Shown here one piece after another: positions 1-11,417 of a stretch of 64,000 nt of DNA. A model generated the notes under the pieces. It saw only the letters and a program-made list of their open reading frames with translations. It searched no databases and was not told where the DNA came from. The position numbers and the translations under genes were made by a program. This DNA is from Clostridiales bacterium (GTDB taxonomy: Bacteria > Bacillota > Clostridia > Peptostreptococcales > Anaerovoracaceae): the NCBI GenBank assembly GCA_015258265.1, contig JABZIP010000005.1, forward strand, positions 11,521-75,520. Reading direction: 5' to 3'. Position 1 is the first letter of the stretch, and every line of letters begins with the position of its first letter.

Positions 1-594
1 GCTAAACTGTTCAAACAGCCTTTTTACGCTTTCCAAATCGTTATATACAGCTACCAAAGTGTCGCTGACACATCCCTTAGTAACTCCGGCGCTATCCGGA
101 GAACCTCCGCTTGCTATTAGCGCCGAACCCGACTTAACCAAAAGTGAATCGTTATGGCCGTGATAATTTCCCTCAAATTTGATTATCTTATCCCGTTTGG
201 TATAACCGCGTGCAACTCTCAAAGCCGACATGGTCGCCTCTGTTCCGGAATTTACCATTCTAACCATTTCTATGGACGGCACCAAGGAGCAAACAAGCTC
301 CGCCATCTCGGCTTCTTTTGCCGTTGCCGCCCCAAAACTGAGTCCGTCTTTGATTGCCTTCGAAACTGCATCCCTCACTATGTCCGCATTATTTCCAAGT
401 ATCATAGGTCCCCAAGAGCCTATATAATCTATATATTTATTGCCATCGGCATCGTAAATAAACTGTTTATCCGCTCTTTCGATAAATCTCGGTTCTCCAC
501 CAACCGCCGCAAATGCACGCGCAGGGCTGTTTACCCCGCCCGGTATATATTTTTTCGCTTTTGCAAATAATTCCTTTGACTTATTTGTTTGCAT
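1..594 (-). CDS. hemL: glutamate-1-semialdehyde 2,1-aminomutase, N-terminal part (gene runs off the window start)
   Basis: Minus-strand translation starts [28 protein letters not shown]...NSGTEATM, the typical HemL N-terminus. ATG at 592-594. The listed plus-strand ORFs here are antisense shadows. Confidence 0.85.
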   Translation of the reverse strand, partial: MQTNKSKELFAKAKKYIPGGVNSPARAFAAVGGEPRFIERADKQFIYDADGNKYIDYIGSWGPMILGNNADIVRDAVSKAIKDGLSFGAATAKEAEMAELVCSLVPSIEMVRMVNSGTEATMSALRVARGYTKRDKIIKFEGNYHGHNDSLLVKSGSALIASGGSPDSAGVTKGCVSDTLVAVYNDLESVKRLFEQFS

Positions 595-1571
595 TATCCT
601 ATTCTTCCTTCTTTTATCATCTTCGCAATTTCCTTGGCGAAATATGTAATCAAAATATCCGTTCCTGCTCTAAACATGCTAACCGTAGTTTCCGCTATTA
701 TCGCTTCTTCATCCACCATACCCGCCATAGCTGCAGCTTTTATCATCGCATATTCACCGCTCACACTATACGCAGCCACAGGTATATTTACATCTTCTTT
801 AATAGCCTTTATAATATCCAGATACGAAAGAGCCGGCTTTACCATTAGAATATCCGCACCCTCAAGTACATCGAGTCTTGCCTCTTTTAGCGCTTCCCTC
901 TTGTTGTGGTAATCCATCTGATAGGTTCGCCTATGTCCTTTAAAATTGTCCGAACCTGCCGCTTCTCGGAACGGTCCGTAAAAAGCTGATGCATATTTTG
1001 CAGAATACGCCATTATAGGAACATCCTCAAACCCTGCCGCATCCAGTCCTTTCCTTATCTCGAGAACTCTGCCGTCCATCATATCGGACGGCGCAACCAT
1101 ATCCGCACCTGCTTTAGCCTGAGATATTGCCGTCTTTGCAAGTAACGGCAATGTCTTGTCGTTGTCAACGGTATCTCCTTTAGTAATTCCGCAGTGGCCA
1201 TGCGATGTATACTCGCACATACAAACATCGCCTATTACATAAAGCTGCTTATACTCTTTCTTAATCGTCCTTATCGCTTCCTGCACTACACCGGTATCGC
1301 TATATGCACCGCTTCCGACTTCGTCTTTCACTTTTGGAGTTCCGAATACGATAATATTCTTTACCCCTGCCTGCATTATTTCGTCAAGCTCTTTTTTCAC
1401 AGTATCGATGCTGTACCTATACTGACCGGGCATCGTAGAAATAGCCGTACGAATGTTTTCGCCCTCTTCAATAAAGATTGGGTATATCAAACTGTCCGCA
1501 GAAATTCTGGTTTCTCTTGTCAAGTTTCTTACATTGTCCGACAATCTAAGTCTTCTAGGTCTAATTAACAC
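594..1571 (-). CDS. hemB: porphobilinogen synthase (delta-aminolevulinate dehydratase)
   Basis: 325 aa with PRRLR, active-site lysine region and metal-binding Cys cluster typical of HemB. GTG start overlaps the folD stop, with AGGAGTG RBS. Confidence 0.9.
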   Translation of the reverse strand: MLIRPRRLRLSDNVRNLTRETRISADSLIYPIFIEEGENIRTAISTMPGQYRYSIDTVKKELDEIMQAGVKNIIVFGTPKVKDEVGSGAYSDTGVVQEAIRTIKKEYKQLYVIGDVCMCEYTSHGHCGITKGDTVDNDKTLPLLAKTAISQAKAGADMVAPSDMMDGRVLEIRKGLDAAGFEDVPIMAYSAKYASAFYGPFREAAGSDNFKGHRRTYQMDYHNKREALKEARLDVLEGADILMVKPALSYLDIIKAIKEDVNIPVAAYSVSGEYAMIKAAAMAGMVDEEAIIAETTVSMFRAGTDILITYFAKEIAKMIKEGRIG

Positions 1572-2419
1572 GATTCACTCCTTTCCGCCATAGCGACAAC
1601 ATGCGACATAAGTACAGTCGCAGTTACTGTTCCGACTCCACCCGGAACAGGTGATATTTTTGAAACTACACTTTCAACTTCCTCAAAATTAACATCTCCG
1701 CAAAGTTTTCCGTCCTCGCCCATGTTAATGCCCACATCTATCACGATTTGTCCTTCGCTTACATATTCCTTGTCAATCAGCTTTGCCTTACCGACAGCCG
1801 CAATCAAAATATCGGCTTCTTTGCAAATTTTACTGAGATTTTCCGATTTGCTATGGCAAATTGTAACCGTAGCATTCTCTTTTAAGAGCATCAATGCAAG
1901 TGGCTTGCCTACCACCAAACTTCTGCCGAGCACAACTGCTTTTTTCCCCTGCAATCGTATGTCGTAATGCTTTAAAATTTCCATACATGCCTTTGCAGTG
2001 CATGGCGGATTTCCTACTCCCGTATCCGCATAAATTCCGAGCATCGAAGCATCCGTTACGCCATCGGCATCCTTTTGCGGCGAAATAAGCTCAAGCACCT
2101 TTTTTTCATCAATATGGCTAGGTAGCGGTCTAAAAATTAGTATTCCGTGATTGTTATTGTCCGCATCTATTTTTCTTAATTCGCCTGCAAGTTCCTCTTG
2201 AGTAATGTTTTCATCGTACAGTTTTTTGTTTACTTCAATCCCGAGCTTTTCAGCTTTTTTCAAAAGTCCTCGTTCGTACGACAAATCCTCCGGTTTTTGA
2301 CCGAGTCTAACCACACACAGCGTAGGTTCGGTTCCGCTATTTTTCAATTTTTCAATTTTTCCCTTAAGCTCATCGTCCAGTTTTTGCGCTACTGCCGCTC
2401 CGCTTAAAATTTCAGCCAT
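1565..2419 (-). CDS. folD: bifunctional methylene-THF dehydrogenase / methenyl-THF cyclohydrolase
   Basis: 284 aa, PVPGGVGTVT motif and overall FolD architecture. GGAGGGG RBS. Confidence 0.92.
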   Translation of the reverse strand: MAEILSGAAVAQKLDDELKGKIEKLKNSGTEPTLCVVRLGQKPEDLSYERGLLKKAEKLGIEVNKKLYDENITQEELAGELRKIDADNNNHGILIFRPLPSHIDEKKVLELISPQKDADGVTDASMLGIYADTGVGNPPCTAKACMEILKHYDIRLQGKKAVVLGRSLVVGKPLALMLLKENATVTICHSKSENLSKICKEADILIAAVGKAKLIDKEYVSEGQIVIDVGINMGEDGKLCGDVNFEEVESVVSKISPVPGGVGTVTATVLMSHVVAMAERSESC

Positions 2420-2440
2420 ATCCCCTCCGTAAAATTCTAA

Positions 2441-4111
2441 CTAAAATAATCCGCTAATAGTTCCAAAACTGTCTATATCTATATTTTCAGCAGCAGGTAC
2501 TTTTGGAAGCCCCGGCATAGTCATTATATCGCCTGTGAGCGCAACTACAAATCCCGCCCCCGCACAAATTTTAAGATTTCTTACCGTTATATCAAAACCT
2601 TCCGGTGCTCCCGTTTTCGCAGCGTCATCCGAAAAGCTGTATTGCGTTTTTGCAATACATACAGGCAATCCCGAAAATCCCAATTCCTCTATCTGCTTTA
2701 ATTGTTTTTTGGCATTAGCCGTAAAGCTCACGCTATCCGCTCTATACACTTTTTTTGCAACGCTTTCAATCTTTTTATCTATACTGTCCGTAATTTCATA
2801 TACAAACTTGCAATTATTTTCCGCTTCGCATAATTCAAGCACTTGCTTAGCCAGCGATACTGCACCCTCGCCACCGTTTGCGTGTACATCGCTTAGGCAA
2901 ACATTCGCACCGAGTTTGCGACACTCGTTTTCTATCAGCTCGATTTCCGCCTGTGTATCGGTTGGAAACTTATTGATTGCAACTACGGCATTAAGTCCGT
3001 ATACCGTTTTGATATTCTCAAGATGCCTCAAAAGGTTTGGAATACCCTTTTGCAATGCTTCTAAATTTTCTGTTCCAAGCTCCGCCTTCGGTACGCCGCC
3101 ATGATTCTTGAGCGCCCTAACCGTAGCCACCAAAACCACGCAAGCAGGCTTAATATCTGCACTTCTGCACTTAATGTCAAGAAACTTCTCCGCACCCAAA
3201 TCGGCACCGAATCCCGCCTCGGTTACAACATAATCTGCAAGCGACATCGCCATTTTTGTAGCGATTACGGAATTGCATCCGTGCGCAATATTTGCAAAAG
3301 GTCCACCATGTATAAATACCGGATTATGCTCAAGTGTCTGTACCAGATTGGGTTTCATGGCATCTTTCAAAAGCGCGGCAATCGCCCCTTCCGCTTTCAG
3401 CTCTCCCGCCGTTACAGGCTCGTCTTTACGATTGTAACCGATGATTATCTTTTTTACTCGCTCCTTCAAATCATCTATGCCGTTTGCAAGGCATAAAATA
3501 GCCATTATCTCACTCGCAACCGTAATATCGAAGCCGTCTTCTCTCGGAACTCCGTTTACTTTACCTCCAAGTCCGCATATAATTTGACGAAGCTGACGAT
3601 CGTTCATGTCAAGACATCTTTTCCAAGTAATTTTCCTCACATCTATGTCCAGCGCGTTTCCTTGATAAATGTGGTTGTCAATGAGCGCCGCAAGCAAATT
3701 GTTCGCAGCTGTAATGGCGTGTATGTCCCCTGTAAAGTGCAGATTTATATCTTCCATAGGTACAACCTGTGCATAACCTCCACCTGCCGCACCGCCCTTT
3801 ACTCCGAAAACAGGGCCTAACGACGGCTCTCTAAGCGCAGCAATAGCCTTTTTCCCCAGTTTGCAAAGTCCGTCCAAAAGTCCCACTGTTGTAGTTGTTT
3901 TGCCTTCCCCTGCAGGTGTCGGCGATATTGCAGTTACCAATATCACTTTCCCTTGCTTTGCATCTTTTCTTTCGTGTAAAATATTATAATCTATTTTAGC
4001 CTTACTTTTACCGTAAGGTTCTACATATTTTTCTTCTATCCCTGCATTTTTTGCTATTTCATTTATATCCAGCTTCAATGCTTCCTGAGCTATCTGTATA
4101 TCGCTTTTCAA
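2441..4111 (-). CDS. fhs: formate--tetrahydrofolate ligase
   Basis: P-loop [11 protein letters not shown] and full-length Fhs similarity. Likely TTG start (MKSDIQIAQ...) preceded by GGAGG; the ORF track extends to 4138. Confidence 0.9.
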   Translation of the reverse strand: MKSDIQIAQEALKLDINEIAKNAGIEEKYVEPYGKSKAKIDYNILHERKDAKQGKVILVTAISPTPAGEGKTTTTVGLLDGLCKLGKKAIAALREPSLGPVFGVKGGAAGGGYAQVVPMEDINLHFTGDIHAITAANNLLAALIDNHIYQGNALDIDVRKITWKRCLDMNDRQLRQIICGLGGKVNGVPREDGFDITVASEIMAILCLANGIDDLKERVKKIIIGYNRKDEPVTAGELKAEGAIAALLKDAMKPNLVQTLEHNPVFIHGGPFANIAHGCNSVIATKMAMSLADYVVTEAGFGADLGAEKFLDIKCRSADIKPACVVLVATVRALKNHGGVPKAELGTENLEALQKGIPNLLRHLENIKTVYGLNAVVAINKFPTDTQAEIELIENECRKLGANVCLSDVHANGGEGAVSLAKQVLELCEAENNCKFVYEITDSIDKKIESVAKKVYRADSVSFTANAKKQLKQIEELGFSGLPVCIAKTQYSFSDDAAKTGAPEGFDITVRNLKICAGAGFVVALTGDIMTMPGLPKVPAAENIDIDSFGTISGLF

Positions 4112-4248
4112 TTCGACCTCCGCTTTTTTTACATACAATTAAACACTCCTATCTAACTTTATAGCATATATCCAAATGTCGAAAAAGTCAAGGTTTTGCG
4201 GTGAATTTGTAACGCTTTTCGTTTTTAATTATCTTTTTCTTTAAAGCG

Positions 4249-4277
4249 CTTGTATTTTAATTCATTTATGTTAAAAT
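4249..4277 (+). promoter_or_regulatory. sigma-A type promoter for argR (TTGTAT-17-TAAAAT)
   Basis: -35 at 4249-4254 and -10 at 4272-4277 with 17-nt spacer. GGGAGGA RBS at 4329-4335. Confidence 0.5.
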
Positions 4278-4340
4278 GTATACAAGAAATCCGCAATAAA
4301 GCATTGCTTAAACTATGCATAATTGCAAGGGAGGATATGT

Positions 4341-4790
4341 ATGAGATACTCAAGACAAAACAAAATCCTGGAACTTATTAACACCATGGATATAGGCACC
4401 CAAGAAAAACTTGCCTCTTTGCTACGCGAGAGCGGCTTTTTGGTAACTCAAGCTACGATTTCAAGAGATATTAAGGATTTGCAGCTCATCAAGATTTTAT
4501 CCGGCGACGGCAAGTATAAATACGTTGTCGGAAATACGGAAAAAATTCCTCTTTCAGCGCGTTTATCCCGAATTTTCAAAGAAACTATCAAGTCTGTAAC
4601 GCCCACGCAGGGAATTATAATCCTAAAGACGCTGCCGGGCTGCGCAAAGGCTGCCGGTGAAGCTATTGATTCTTTGGACTTTTCATACATTATAGGCTCT
4701 ATCGCGGGCGACAATACCATAGCGGTATTCGTAGATGATCAAGACCATGTCGACTATGTCGTTGACATTTTTACAAAAATGATGTCTTAA
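4341..4790 (+). CDS. argR: arginine repressor
   Basis: MRYSRQNKILELI...ATISRDIKDL winged-helix N-domain plus C-terminal oligomerisation/arginine-binding domain. ATG at 4341 is 5 nt after the RBS. Confidence 0.88.
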   Translation: MRYSRQNKILELINTMDIGTQEKLASLLRESGFLVTQATISRDIKDLQLIKILSGDGKYKYVVGNTEKIPLSARLSRIFKETIKSVTPTQGIIILKTLPGCAKAAGEAIDSLDFSYIIGSIAGDNTIAVFVDDQDHVDYVVDIFTKMMS

Positions 4791-4801
4791 CAGGAGGTAT
4801 T

Positions 4802-6469
4802 ATGCTCTCTCACATTCACATAAAGAATTTTGCCATAATTGAAGAAATCGACACTTCATTTGATTCCGGTTTGACCATGATTACAGGGGAAACAGGTTCA
4901 GGTAAGTCTATCATAATTGAAGCTATCAGTTTAGTTTTAGGTAGCCGTGCAGATAACAGTTTCGTTCGCACAGGAGCAGATAAGGCGCTTGTGGAGGTTT
5001 CGTTCGATGATTGTCCAAATTTCATATTTGACGAACTTGGAGAATCCGCCGAAGAATATGAGAATCAGCTTATAATACAAAGAGAATTGACATCTCAAGG
5101 CAAAAGCACTTGCAAAATTAACGGGAAACTGGTCCCTCTTTCAACATTGCGTCAAATTTCTTCGCATCTTGCCGATATACACGGGCAATACGATCATCAA
5201 TCACTGCTAAACGAAGATTTGCATATAAATTTTTTAGATCTTTACGGCAGCGCCGAAGTTAAAAATCTAAAAGAAAAATTGGAAAAGGAGTTCCCCGAAT
5301 ATCAAAAGATTAAAGCTGCATACGAAAAATTGATTGCTGACGAAGATGCGGCAAGAGCTGCTCTCGAACTCAAAACGTTTGAGCTGGCAGAACTTGAAAA
5401 AGCCAACTTGCGTGAGGGCGAGGACGAAGAACTATATGAACAGATAAATCTATTACAAAATTCAGAAAAGATTTTCGGTAATTTTTCAGATAGCTACAAC
5501 TTGCTTTATAGTAGCGCCGGCTCTGTAATAGAAAAACTCGGACAAATCAAAGACCTTCTCATAGAGAATGCGGATTTTAATGAGAAATTTGCAACTTTTG
5601 CTCAAATAAGCGAAGATGCTTACTATAAGCTCGAGGATTTGGCTTCCGAAATTCGGAATTCACGCGACAAAATTGATTTCTCCGAAGGAGAACTTGAAGA
5701 TTTAATCATAAGGGAAACGGAACTCAAAATGCTTATGAGAAAATACCGCAAATCCCTACCCGATTTAATAAAATACCGAGATTCGCTCGCTTTTGAGCTT
5801 GCAGAAAATACCGATATAGATTCGCAAAAAGAAAATTTGTTTAACAAATATACATCTTTCAAACAGGCAGTACTGTCGACTTCGAGCGAGCTTTCCGCTC
5901 TCAGGCAAAAAATCGCAAGCTCGCTCGAGGCGGACATCGAACGAGAGCTCGCAGAGCTCTCGTTCAACAATGCTAAATTTTCCGTCGCTTTTGACACAAG
6001 CGCGGAAAATTTGTCCGCCTGCGGCATAGATAAGGTGCAATTTTTGCTGTCCGCAAATCGCGGAACGCCTGCAAAACCGCTGGCAAAAATTGCTTCCGGT
6101 GGAGAAATGAGCAGAATCATGCTTGCATTTAAAAATATACTTGCCGATTTCGACCAAATTCCTACTATGATTTTCGACGAAATTGATACAGGTATCAGCG
6201 GTATAGCCGCAAGTGTCGTAGCATCCAAGCTAAGACAGATTGCCAAATCTCATCAAATCATATGTATCACACACTTGCCGCAGATTGCCGCATCCGGAGA
6301 TACCAATTTCGAAATACGAAAATCATCGGACGACTCCTCTACAAAAGTTGAGCTGAACAAGCTGTCCGAGGAAGAAAAAATCAATGAAATTGCACGACTT
6401 CTCGGCGGCAAAGCTATTACAGATGTTACTCTAAAAAGCGCCGAGGAGCTTATTTCAGCTTCCCGCTAA
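4802..6469 (+). CDS. recN: DNA repair protein RecN
   Basis: 555 aa SMC-like protein with N-terminal Walker A GETGSGKS, coiled coil, and C-terminal signature/Walker B. Confidence 0.92.
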   Translation: MLSHIHIKNFAIIEEIDTSFDSGLTMITGETGSGKSIIIEAISLVLGSRADNSFVRTGADKALVEVSFDDCPNFIFDELGESAEEYENQLIIQRELTSQGKSTCKINGKLVPLSTLRQISSHLADIHGQYDHQSLLNEDLHINFLDLYGSAEVKNLKEKLEKEFPEYQKIKAAYEKLIADEDAARAALELKTFELAELEKANLREGEDEELYEQINLLQNSEKIFGNFSDSYNLLYSSAGSVIEKLGQIKDLLIENADFNEKFATFAQISEDAYYKLEDLASEIRNSRDKIDFSEGELEDLIIRETELKMLMRKYRKSLPDLIKYRDSLAFELAENTDIDSQKENLFNKYTSFKQAVLSTSSELSALRQKIASSLEADIERELAELSFNNAKFSVAFDTSAENLSACGIDKVQFLLSANRGTPAKPLAKIASGGEMSRIMLAFKNILADFDQIPTMIFDEIDTGISGIAASVVASKLRQIAKSHQIICITHLPQIAASGDTNFEIRKSSDDSSTKVELNKLSEEEKINEIARLLGGKAITDVTLKSAEELISASR

Positions 6470-6962
6470 TCCTAAGTGCTTTCACAATCGCGTCTATGCA
6501 CTCTTCAACCGTCATACCCGCTTCGCTTTTTAATGTCAAATCCGCATATTTTTCATATAGCGGCACTCTTTTATTGTACAAATCTTTTAAAGTTTCTCCT
6601 TTTGCCAAAGTTATTCCGCGCGTGCTGATATTATCCAGTCTGCGCTCTATTTCTTCAAATTCCACATCTATGTATATTATAAGCCCGTCCTTTTTTAGAT
6701 GCTCCATAGCGGAAGGATAGTAAATTGCGCTTCCTCCTGTTGATATTACAGTATCTCGGACATCCATTCCGCACAAAACCTTTTCTTCTACCTGTTTAAA
6801 ATAATCGTTGCCTTTTTTATCGATTATATTTTGGAGCAGTTCTCCTTCTTTTTCCTGTATCAAAATATCTGTATCCACAAAATGCATACCTAAAGTTTTT
6901 GCAAGTATTACTCCGATAGTACTTTTGCCTGCTGCCGGCATTCCTATAAGCGTTAAGTTCAT
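6450..6962 (-). CDS. aroK: shikimate kinase
   Basis: 170 aa, GMPAAGKST P-loop, shikimate kinase fold. Confidence 0.88.
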   Translation of the reverse strand: MNLTLIGMPAAGKSTIGVILAKTLGMHFVDTDILIQEKEGELLQNIIDKKGNDYFKQVEEKVLCGMDVRDTVISTGGSAIYYPSAMEHLKKDGLIIYIDVEFEEIERRLDNISTRGITLAKGETLKDLYNKRVPLYEKYADLTLKSEAGMTVEECIDAIVKALRISGKLK

Positions 6963-7013
6963 ATTTCCTCCTAAAAAAATAGCAGGGACAAGCCCTACTA
7001 TTTTATGTTCTTT

Positions 7014-8996
7014 TTACTCAGCATCTGCTGCTTCCTCTGCCGGCTCTTCCTTAGCAGGTTCTTCCTTAGCCGCTTCCGGTAATGTAGCCTTTATGCTCAA
7101 GCTGATTCTTCTTCTTTCATAGTCAATCGCAAGGATTTCCGCTTCGATTTCCTTATCTACGGACAATACATCCGCTATGTTCTCGATTCTGTTTCTTGCA
7201 ACCTCCGATATATGAACAAGTCCGTCAAGTCCCGGTTCAAGTTCTACAAACGCACCGTATTCCTTGATTTGCACAACTTTTCCTTTTACCCTTTGTCCTA
7301 TTGCATATCTTTCTTCGATATTTGCCCACGGCTCAGGTTTTGTCTGCTTATATCCAAGAGAAATTTTTTCAGTTTCTCTATTCATAGCTAAAATCTTAAC
7401 CGGGATTTTTTCTCCGATTGCCAACATCTGTTCAGGATGCTTAAGTTTACCCCAAGAAATCTCGGATATGTGCAGTAATCCATCAACGCCGCCGATATCA
7501 ACAAACGCACCATAATCTGTAAATCTCATTACGGTACCCTCTACGATATCTCCAACGCTCAATGTTCCCCAAATTTCGTCAAGAGTCTTCTGTCTGATTT
7601 CATGTAGATAAAGCCTATGTGAAAATACCACTCTGCCCTTCTTTATGTCAATTTTAACAACTTTTACTCTAAGCATTTTGCCTATAAAATCGTCGCCTTT
7701 GTCAACATATCTATCCGATAGTCCTGAATAAGGTATGTATCCTGTAATGTCCTTGTACTCTGCCAGTACTCCGCCCTTCACTTCTCTTGTTACCTTAACG
7801 TCAACACTTGTTTTCTCGTCATATGCAACCTTTAATTCGTCCCAATATTTGTCTGCTTCGATTTTCTTTCTTGAAAGCAAAATGTTGCCATCTCCGTCGT
7901 CATGTCGAATCACTCTAGCTCTAATCATGTCGCCGACTTTGAACAGCTCTTTTAAATCACCATTCTCCTCTATAGACATCTCTTCCTTTGGAATGATTGC
8001 GTCTTTCTTGCAACTGATATTTACTATTATCTCTCTATCTCTTACCTCGATAATAGTACCCTCAACGTTTTCTCCGCTTTTTGGCAATTTGCTTGCCTTT
8101 TCAATGTCTGCCATAAACTCATCCATAGGATTTGTCTGTTTGTTTTCAGTGATAATTTCACTCATGTTAGCAATAACCTCCTCAATTAAGTGTTCAGGTG
8201 TAGACGCACCTGCCACAACCCCTATTGTATTATAAAATTCGATTTCTTGCAATGGTAAATTGTCTTTATTTTCTACGAAATATGCTTTTTTGCAATTTTT
8301 TTTCGCAATTTCATATAATTTCCGAGAATTTGAGCTGTTTTTCCCACCAATTACCACTACCGCATCGACCATTCGAGATAGGTCTGCCGTCGAGTTTTGT
8401 CTTTCTTCCGTAACATAACAAATCGTATTTTTAAGCTCTATCTTCGCTGTCTTTTTCGCAATTTCCTTTTGAATTTCCTCAAACACATCTTGTTTTAGTG
8501 TCGTTTGCGCAACCAAAAAAACATCCTTATCTTGCAAATCAAATTCTTTGATTTCTTCAGCGTTTTGAGCTATGATTGCAGTTTTTTCACACCAACCGTT
8601 AATTCCTTGAACTTCCGGATGCAAACTGTTACCTGCGATTACAACCTGTTTTCCTTGCTCATACGCTTCGTTTACCAATTTATGTATTTTACTCACAAAA
8701 GGACATGTCGCATCGACAATTTTTAATCCCTTCTCTGCTGCCCTTTTATAAACATCAGCTTCGGCACCATGTGAACGCACGATAACTATGCTACCGTTCT
8801 CAATATCTTCTATACTATGACGTAAAACAATTCCCGCCTCTTCAAGCTCCATTGTAACTATATCGTTGTGTATCAATTCTCCCAAGCTATATACCGCTTC
8901 GCCGTTATTTTCTTTTGCCGTTCGATATGCCAATTCTATTGCTCTTTTGACTCCAAAACAAAATCCCAAGTGCCCGGCTCTAATTATCGTCTTCAT
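7014..8996 (-). CDS. ispH: 4-hydroxy-3-methylbut-2-enyl diphosphate reductase fused to ribosomal protein S1-like repeats
   Basis: N-terminal approximately 280 aa IspH/LytB (3 conserved Cys, GFCFGVKRA), followed by four S1 RNA-binding repeats and an acidic tail. This fusion is common in Clostridia. Confidence 0.88.
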   Translation of the reverse strand: MKTIIRAGHLGFCFGVKRAIELAYRTAKENNGEAVYSLGELIHNDIVTMELEEAGIVLRHSIEDIENGSIVIVRSHGAEADVYKRAAEKGLKIVDATCPFVSKIHKLVNEAYEQGKQVVIAGNSLHPEVQGINGWCEKTAIIAQNAEEIKEFDLQDKDVFLVAQTTLKQDVFEEIQKEIAKKTAKIELKNTICYVTEERQNSTADLSRMVDAVVVIGGKNSSNSRKLYEIAKKNCKKAYFVENKDNLPLQEIEFYNTIGVVAGASTPEHLIEEVIANMSEIITENKQTNPMDEFMADIEKASKLPKSGENVEGTIIEVRDREIIVNISCKKDAIIPKEEMSIEENGDLKELFKVGDMIRARVIRHDDGDGNILLSRKKIEADKYWDELKVAYDEKTSVDVKVTREVKGGVLAEYKDITGYIPYSGLSDRYVDKGDDFIGKMLRVKVVKIDIKKGRVVFSHRLYLHEIRQKTLDEIWGTLSVGDIVEGTVMRFTDYGAFVDIGGVDGLLHISEISWGKLKHPEQMLAIGEKIPVKILAMNRETEKISLGYKQTKPEPWANIEERYAIGQRVKGKVVQIKEYGAFVELEPGLDGLVHISEVARNRIENIADVLSVDKEIEAEILAIDYERRRISLSIKATLPEAAKEEPAKEEPAEEAADAE

Positions 8997-10263
8997 CTTC
9001 TCTTATTCCTTTTAAATAATTTGAAAATGAAACCTCATGTCCATTTCCTGTGGGTTCGTAGTACCGTATCTTTTCTCGATACAAATTATCAGGCAAGTAC
9101 TGCTGTTTGACATATCCGCCATAATCATGCGGATACTTGTAATCTACACCTCTGCCCAGTTCTTTAGCTCCTGCGTAATGCGAGTCCTTCAAATGATTCG
9201 GTACATCATCTATTTTTTTCTTTCTTAAATCCGACAACGCTCGTTCAATTCCGACATATGCACTATTGGATTTAGGTGCTGCCGACATAGTTACAACCGC
9301 CTGAGCCAGATTTATCCTAGCTTCCGGAAACCCGACAATCAACGCAGCCTGGATGCACGAATTTACTATAACAATTGCATTAGGATATGCCATACCTATG
9401 TCCTCGCTTGCCATAACAAGCAGCCTTCTTGCTATCATTTGCAAGTCCGCTCCTCCGTCTATCAATCGTGCCAAATAATGCAACGCCGCATCCGGATCGC
9501 TACCTCGTACCGACTTTTGAAGAGCAGAAAGCAAGTTGTACTTATCCTCGCTTTTATTATAAAATACAGCTTTTCGTTGAAAGGCTTCTTTCACCTTCGC
9601 CTGTGTAACAGTTTCCCCTTGATTCAAAGAATCCACAATATACGAAACCGTATCCAATGCAACTCTGGCATCCCCTCCCGAAAGTTCTGCTATCAGTCCC
9701 AAGGCATCCTCTTCGTAAGTAATTCCGAGAGTTGAAATCCCCAGCTGTGAATCCGAAAAGGCGCGTCTTAACAATTTTACCAAATCGTCCTCACTAAGTC
9801 GCTTAAACTCATATATATTGCGCACCCTGCTTAAAATAGCGTCATTGATAGAAAAATACGGATTTTCTGTAGTGCTTCCTATAAAGTGCAACACACCTTC
9901 CTCAAGCGCCTTAAGCAAACTGTCTTGCTGTAATTTATTCCATCTATGAACTTCGTCAACATAAAGATATGTGGACTTTGCCTCCAAGCCGTAAAATCTG
10001 AACTCCGCCTCTTCTATTACCGCCTTCAGTTCCTTTACTCCCGATGATACAGCATTGATTTCAACAAAATAGCCATCGCACATGCTCGCTATAATCCTCG
10101 CAAGCGTGGTTTTACCTGTTCCTGACGGTCCAAAAAAAATTGCGGACTCAAATTTCCCATTCATTATCGAATTATACAAAAGAGATCCTTTATATAAAAA
10201 GTGTTCTTGCCCGACAAACTCATCCAGACTCTTTGCTCGCATCCGCGTTGAAAATGGTACCAT
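8980..10263 (-). CDS. rarA: replication-associated recombination protein A (AAA+ ATPase)
   Basis: 427 aa, GPSGTGKTTLARIIA Walker A, MgsA/RarA C-terminal domain. Start overlaps the apbE stop by 1 nt (TAATG). Confidence 0.9.
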   Translation of the reverse strand: MVPFSTRMRAKSLDEFVGQEHFLYKGSLLYNSIMNGKFESAIFFGPSGTGKTTLARIIASMCDGYFVEINAVSSGVKELKAVIEEAEFRFYGLEAKSTYLYVDEVHRWNKLQQDSLLKALEEGVLHFIGSTTENPYFSINDAILSRVRNIYEFKRLSEDDLVKLLRRAFSDSQLGISTLGITYEEDALGLIAELSGGDARVALDTVSYIVDSLNQGETVTQAKVKEAFQRKAVFYNKSEDKYNLLSALQKSVRGSDPDAALHYLARLIDGGADLQMIARRLLVMASEDIGMAYPNAIVIVNSCIQAALIVGFPEARINLAQAVVTMSAAPKSNSAYVGIERALSDLRKKKIDDVPNHLKDSHYAGAKELGRGVDYKYPHDYGGYVKQQYLPDNLYREKIRYYEPTGNGHEVSFSNYLKGIREDEDDN

Positions 10264-11291
10264 TACTTATATTCCTTTAAATTCATATTCTTAGTTGTAA
10301 TTATCTCACCGCTTTTCAGAATAATATCAGCTTCGAATCCTTCCATTTGCTCAATCAAAGCAAGTCCCTTTTCACTGCCGAGCAGCAAACAGATACTGCT
10401 TAGTGCATCTGCATCTACAGAATATCCCTTACTTGCAACTATGCTCACCGATTCCACATCTGTGTCCGCAGGATAGCCTGTAGCAACATCCAGTATATGA
10501 TGATATAACACGCCGTCTTGTTCAAATGCCCTCTCATAAATTCCTGAAGTAACCACTGTGGCATCTGCCACCTCAACATATCCTACAATATCCTTTCTCT
10601 CTGTAAACGGCTTTTCTATTCCTATATTCCAAGGTTTCCCGTCAGACTTAGTTCCGATAGCCACAACATTACCGCCAAGATTTACAAGCGCATGACTTGC
10701 TCCTTGATCTTCTATATACTTTGTTACTTTATCCGCTATGTATCCTTTAGCTATTCCGCCCAAATCAATCGCCACCGCAGTATTCAAAAGACGCGCAAAA
10801 TACAAACCGTTTTCTTCTTTCAACTCTATATTTCGATAATCTATATTTACTAGAGCATTTTCAATCTTTTCCTGCTCAGGCACTTTAGGTTTATCCGCTT
10901 GAAAATCCCAAAGTTCAGCCAGCTTTCCAACCGTTACATCAAACTTTCCTTCAGAAAGCTGCGCATAGTATAAACTTTTTTGTAAAAGTTCATATGTATT
11001 TTCTGTAATTTCAACAAATTCCCCATTAGAGTGATTGACATTATATATATCGCTGCCCTTAACAGTTCTGCTCAATATGTTTTCATAATCCCTGCACAGT
11101 GCAAAAGCTCCCTTTAAAATTTTATTCGCATCTTCTTCCGGCATCCCATAAATACTTATAGAACAAACGGTATCCAAAAGATCGTACTGAGTATCGCTTA
11201 TCACTTCTTCGTCCGCAGACCGGCAAGCACTGAAAGAAAACAACAAAGCCACCAGCAGGCTAAAAGCCAAAGTTTTTCTCAAATTCATCAT
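10263..11291 (-). CDS. apbE: FAD:protein FMN transferase (ApbE family) lipoprotein
   Basis: Signal peptide with lipobox FSAC, DLGGIAKGY motif, ApbE fold. Predicted extracytoplasmic flavinylating enzyme. Confidence 0.85.
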   Translation of the reverse strand: MMNLRKTLAFSLLVALLFSFSACRSADEEVISDTQYDLLDTVCSISIYGMPEEDANKILKGAFALCRDYENILSRTVKGSDIYNVNHSNGEFVEITENTYELLQKSLYYAQLSEGKFDVTVGKLAELWDFQADKPKVPEQEKIENALVNIDYRNIELKEENGLYFARLLNTAVAIDLGGIAKGYIADKVTKYIEDQGASHALVNLGGNVVAIGTKSDGKPWNIGIEKPFTERKDIVGYVEVADATVVTSGIYERAFEQDGVLYHHILDVATGYPADTDVESVSIVASKGYSVDADALSSICLLLGSEKGLALIEQMEGFEADIILKSGEIITTKNMNLKEYK

Positions 11292-11417
11292 TAAATACCT
11301 CCTTAAACGCCTTATTTGTTAGCAATATTTTATCATATTACGCCAAAAAAGTCACTTAAGGAACATTATTTAAACAAAAGTTATTTCAACCGCGCAAATA
11401 CCTTGCTTCAATTCAAA

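Noticed and set aside
154-912. Several plus-strand ORFs (138, 111, 107 aa) at the window start
   Set aside because: They overlap the clear minus-strand hemL and hemB coding sequences. Their compositions are typical of antisense frames.
4112-4322. Possible ZTP (pfl) riboswitch or T-box in the fhs/folD leader
   Set aside because: The minus-strand leader was read; there are no GGGUCG...CCGGGCGC ZTP core motifs and no T-box specifier/antiterminator elements. Only promoter-like TTGACT / TATAAA elements were seen.
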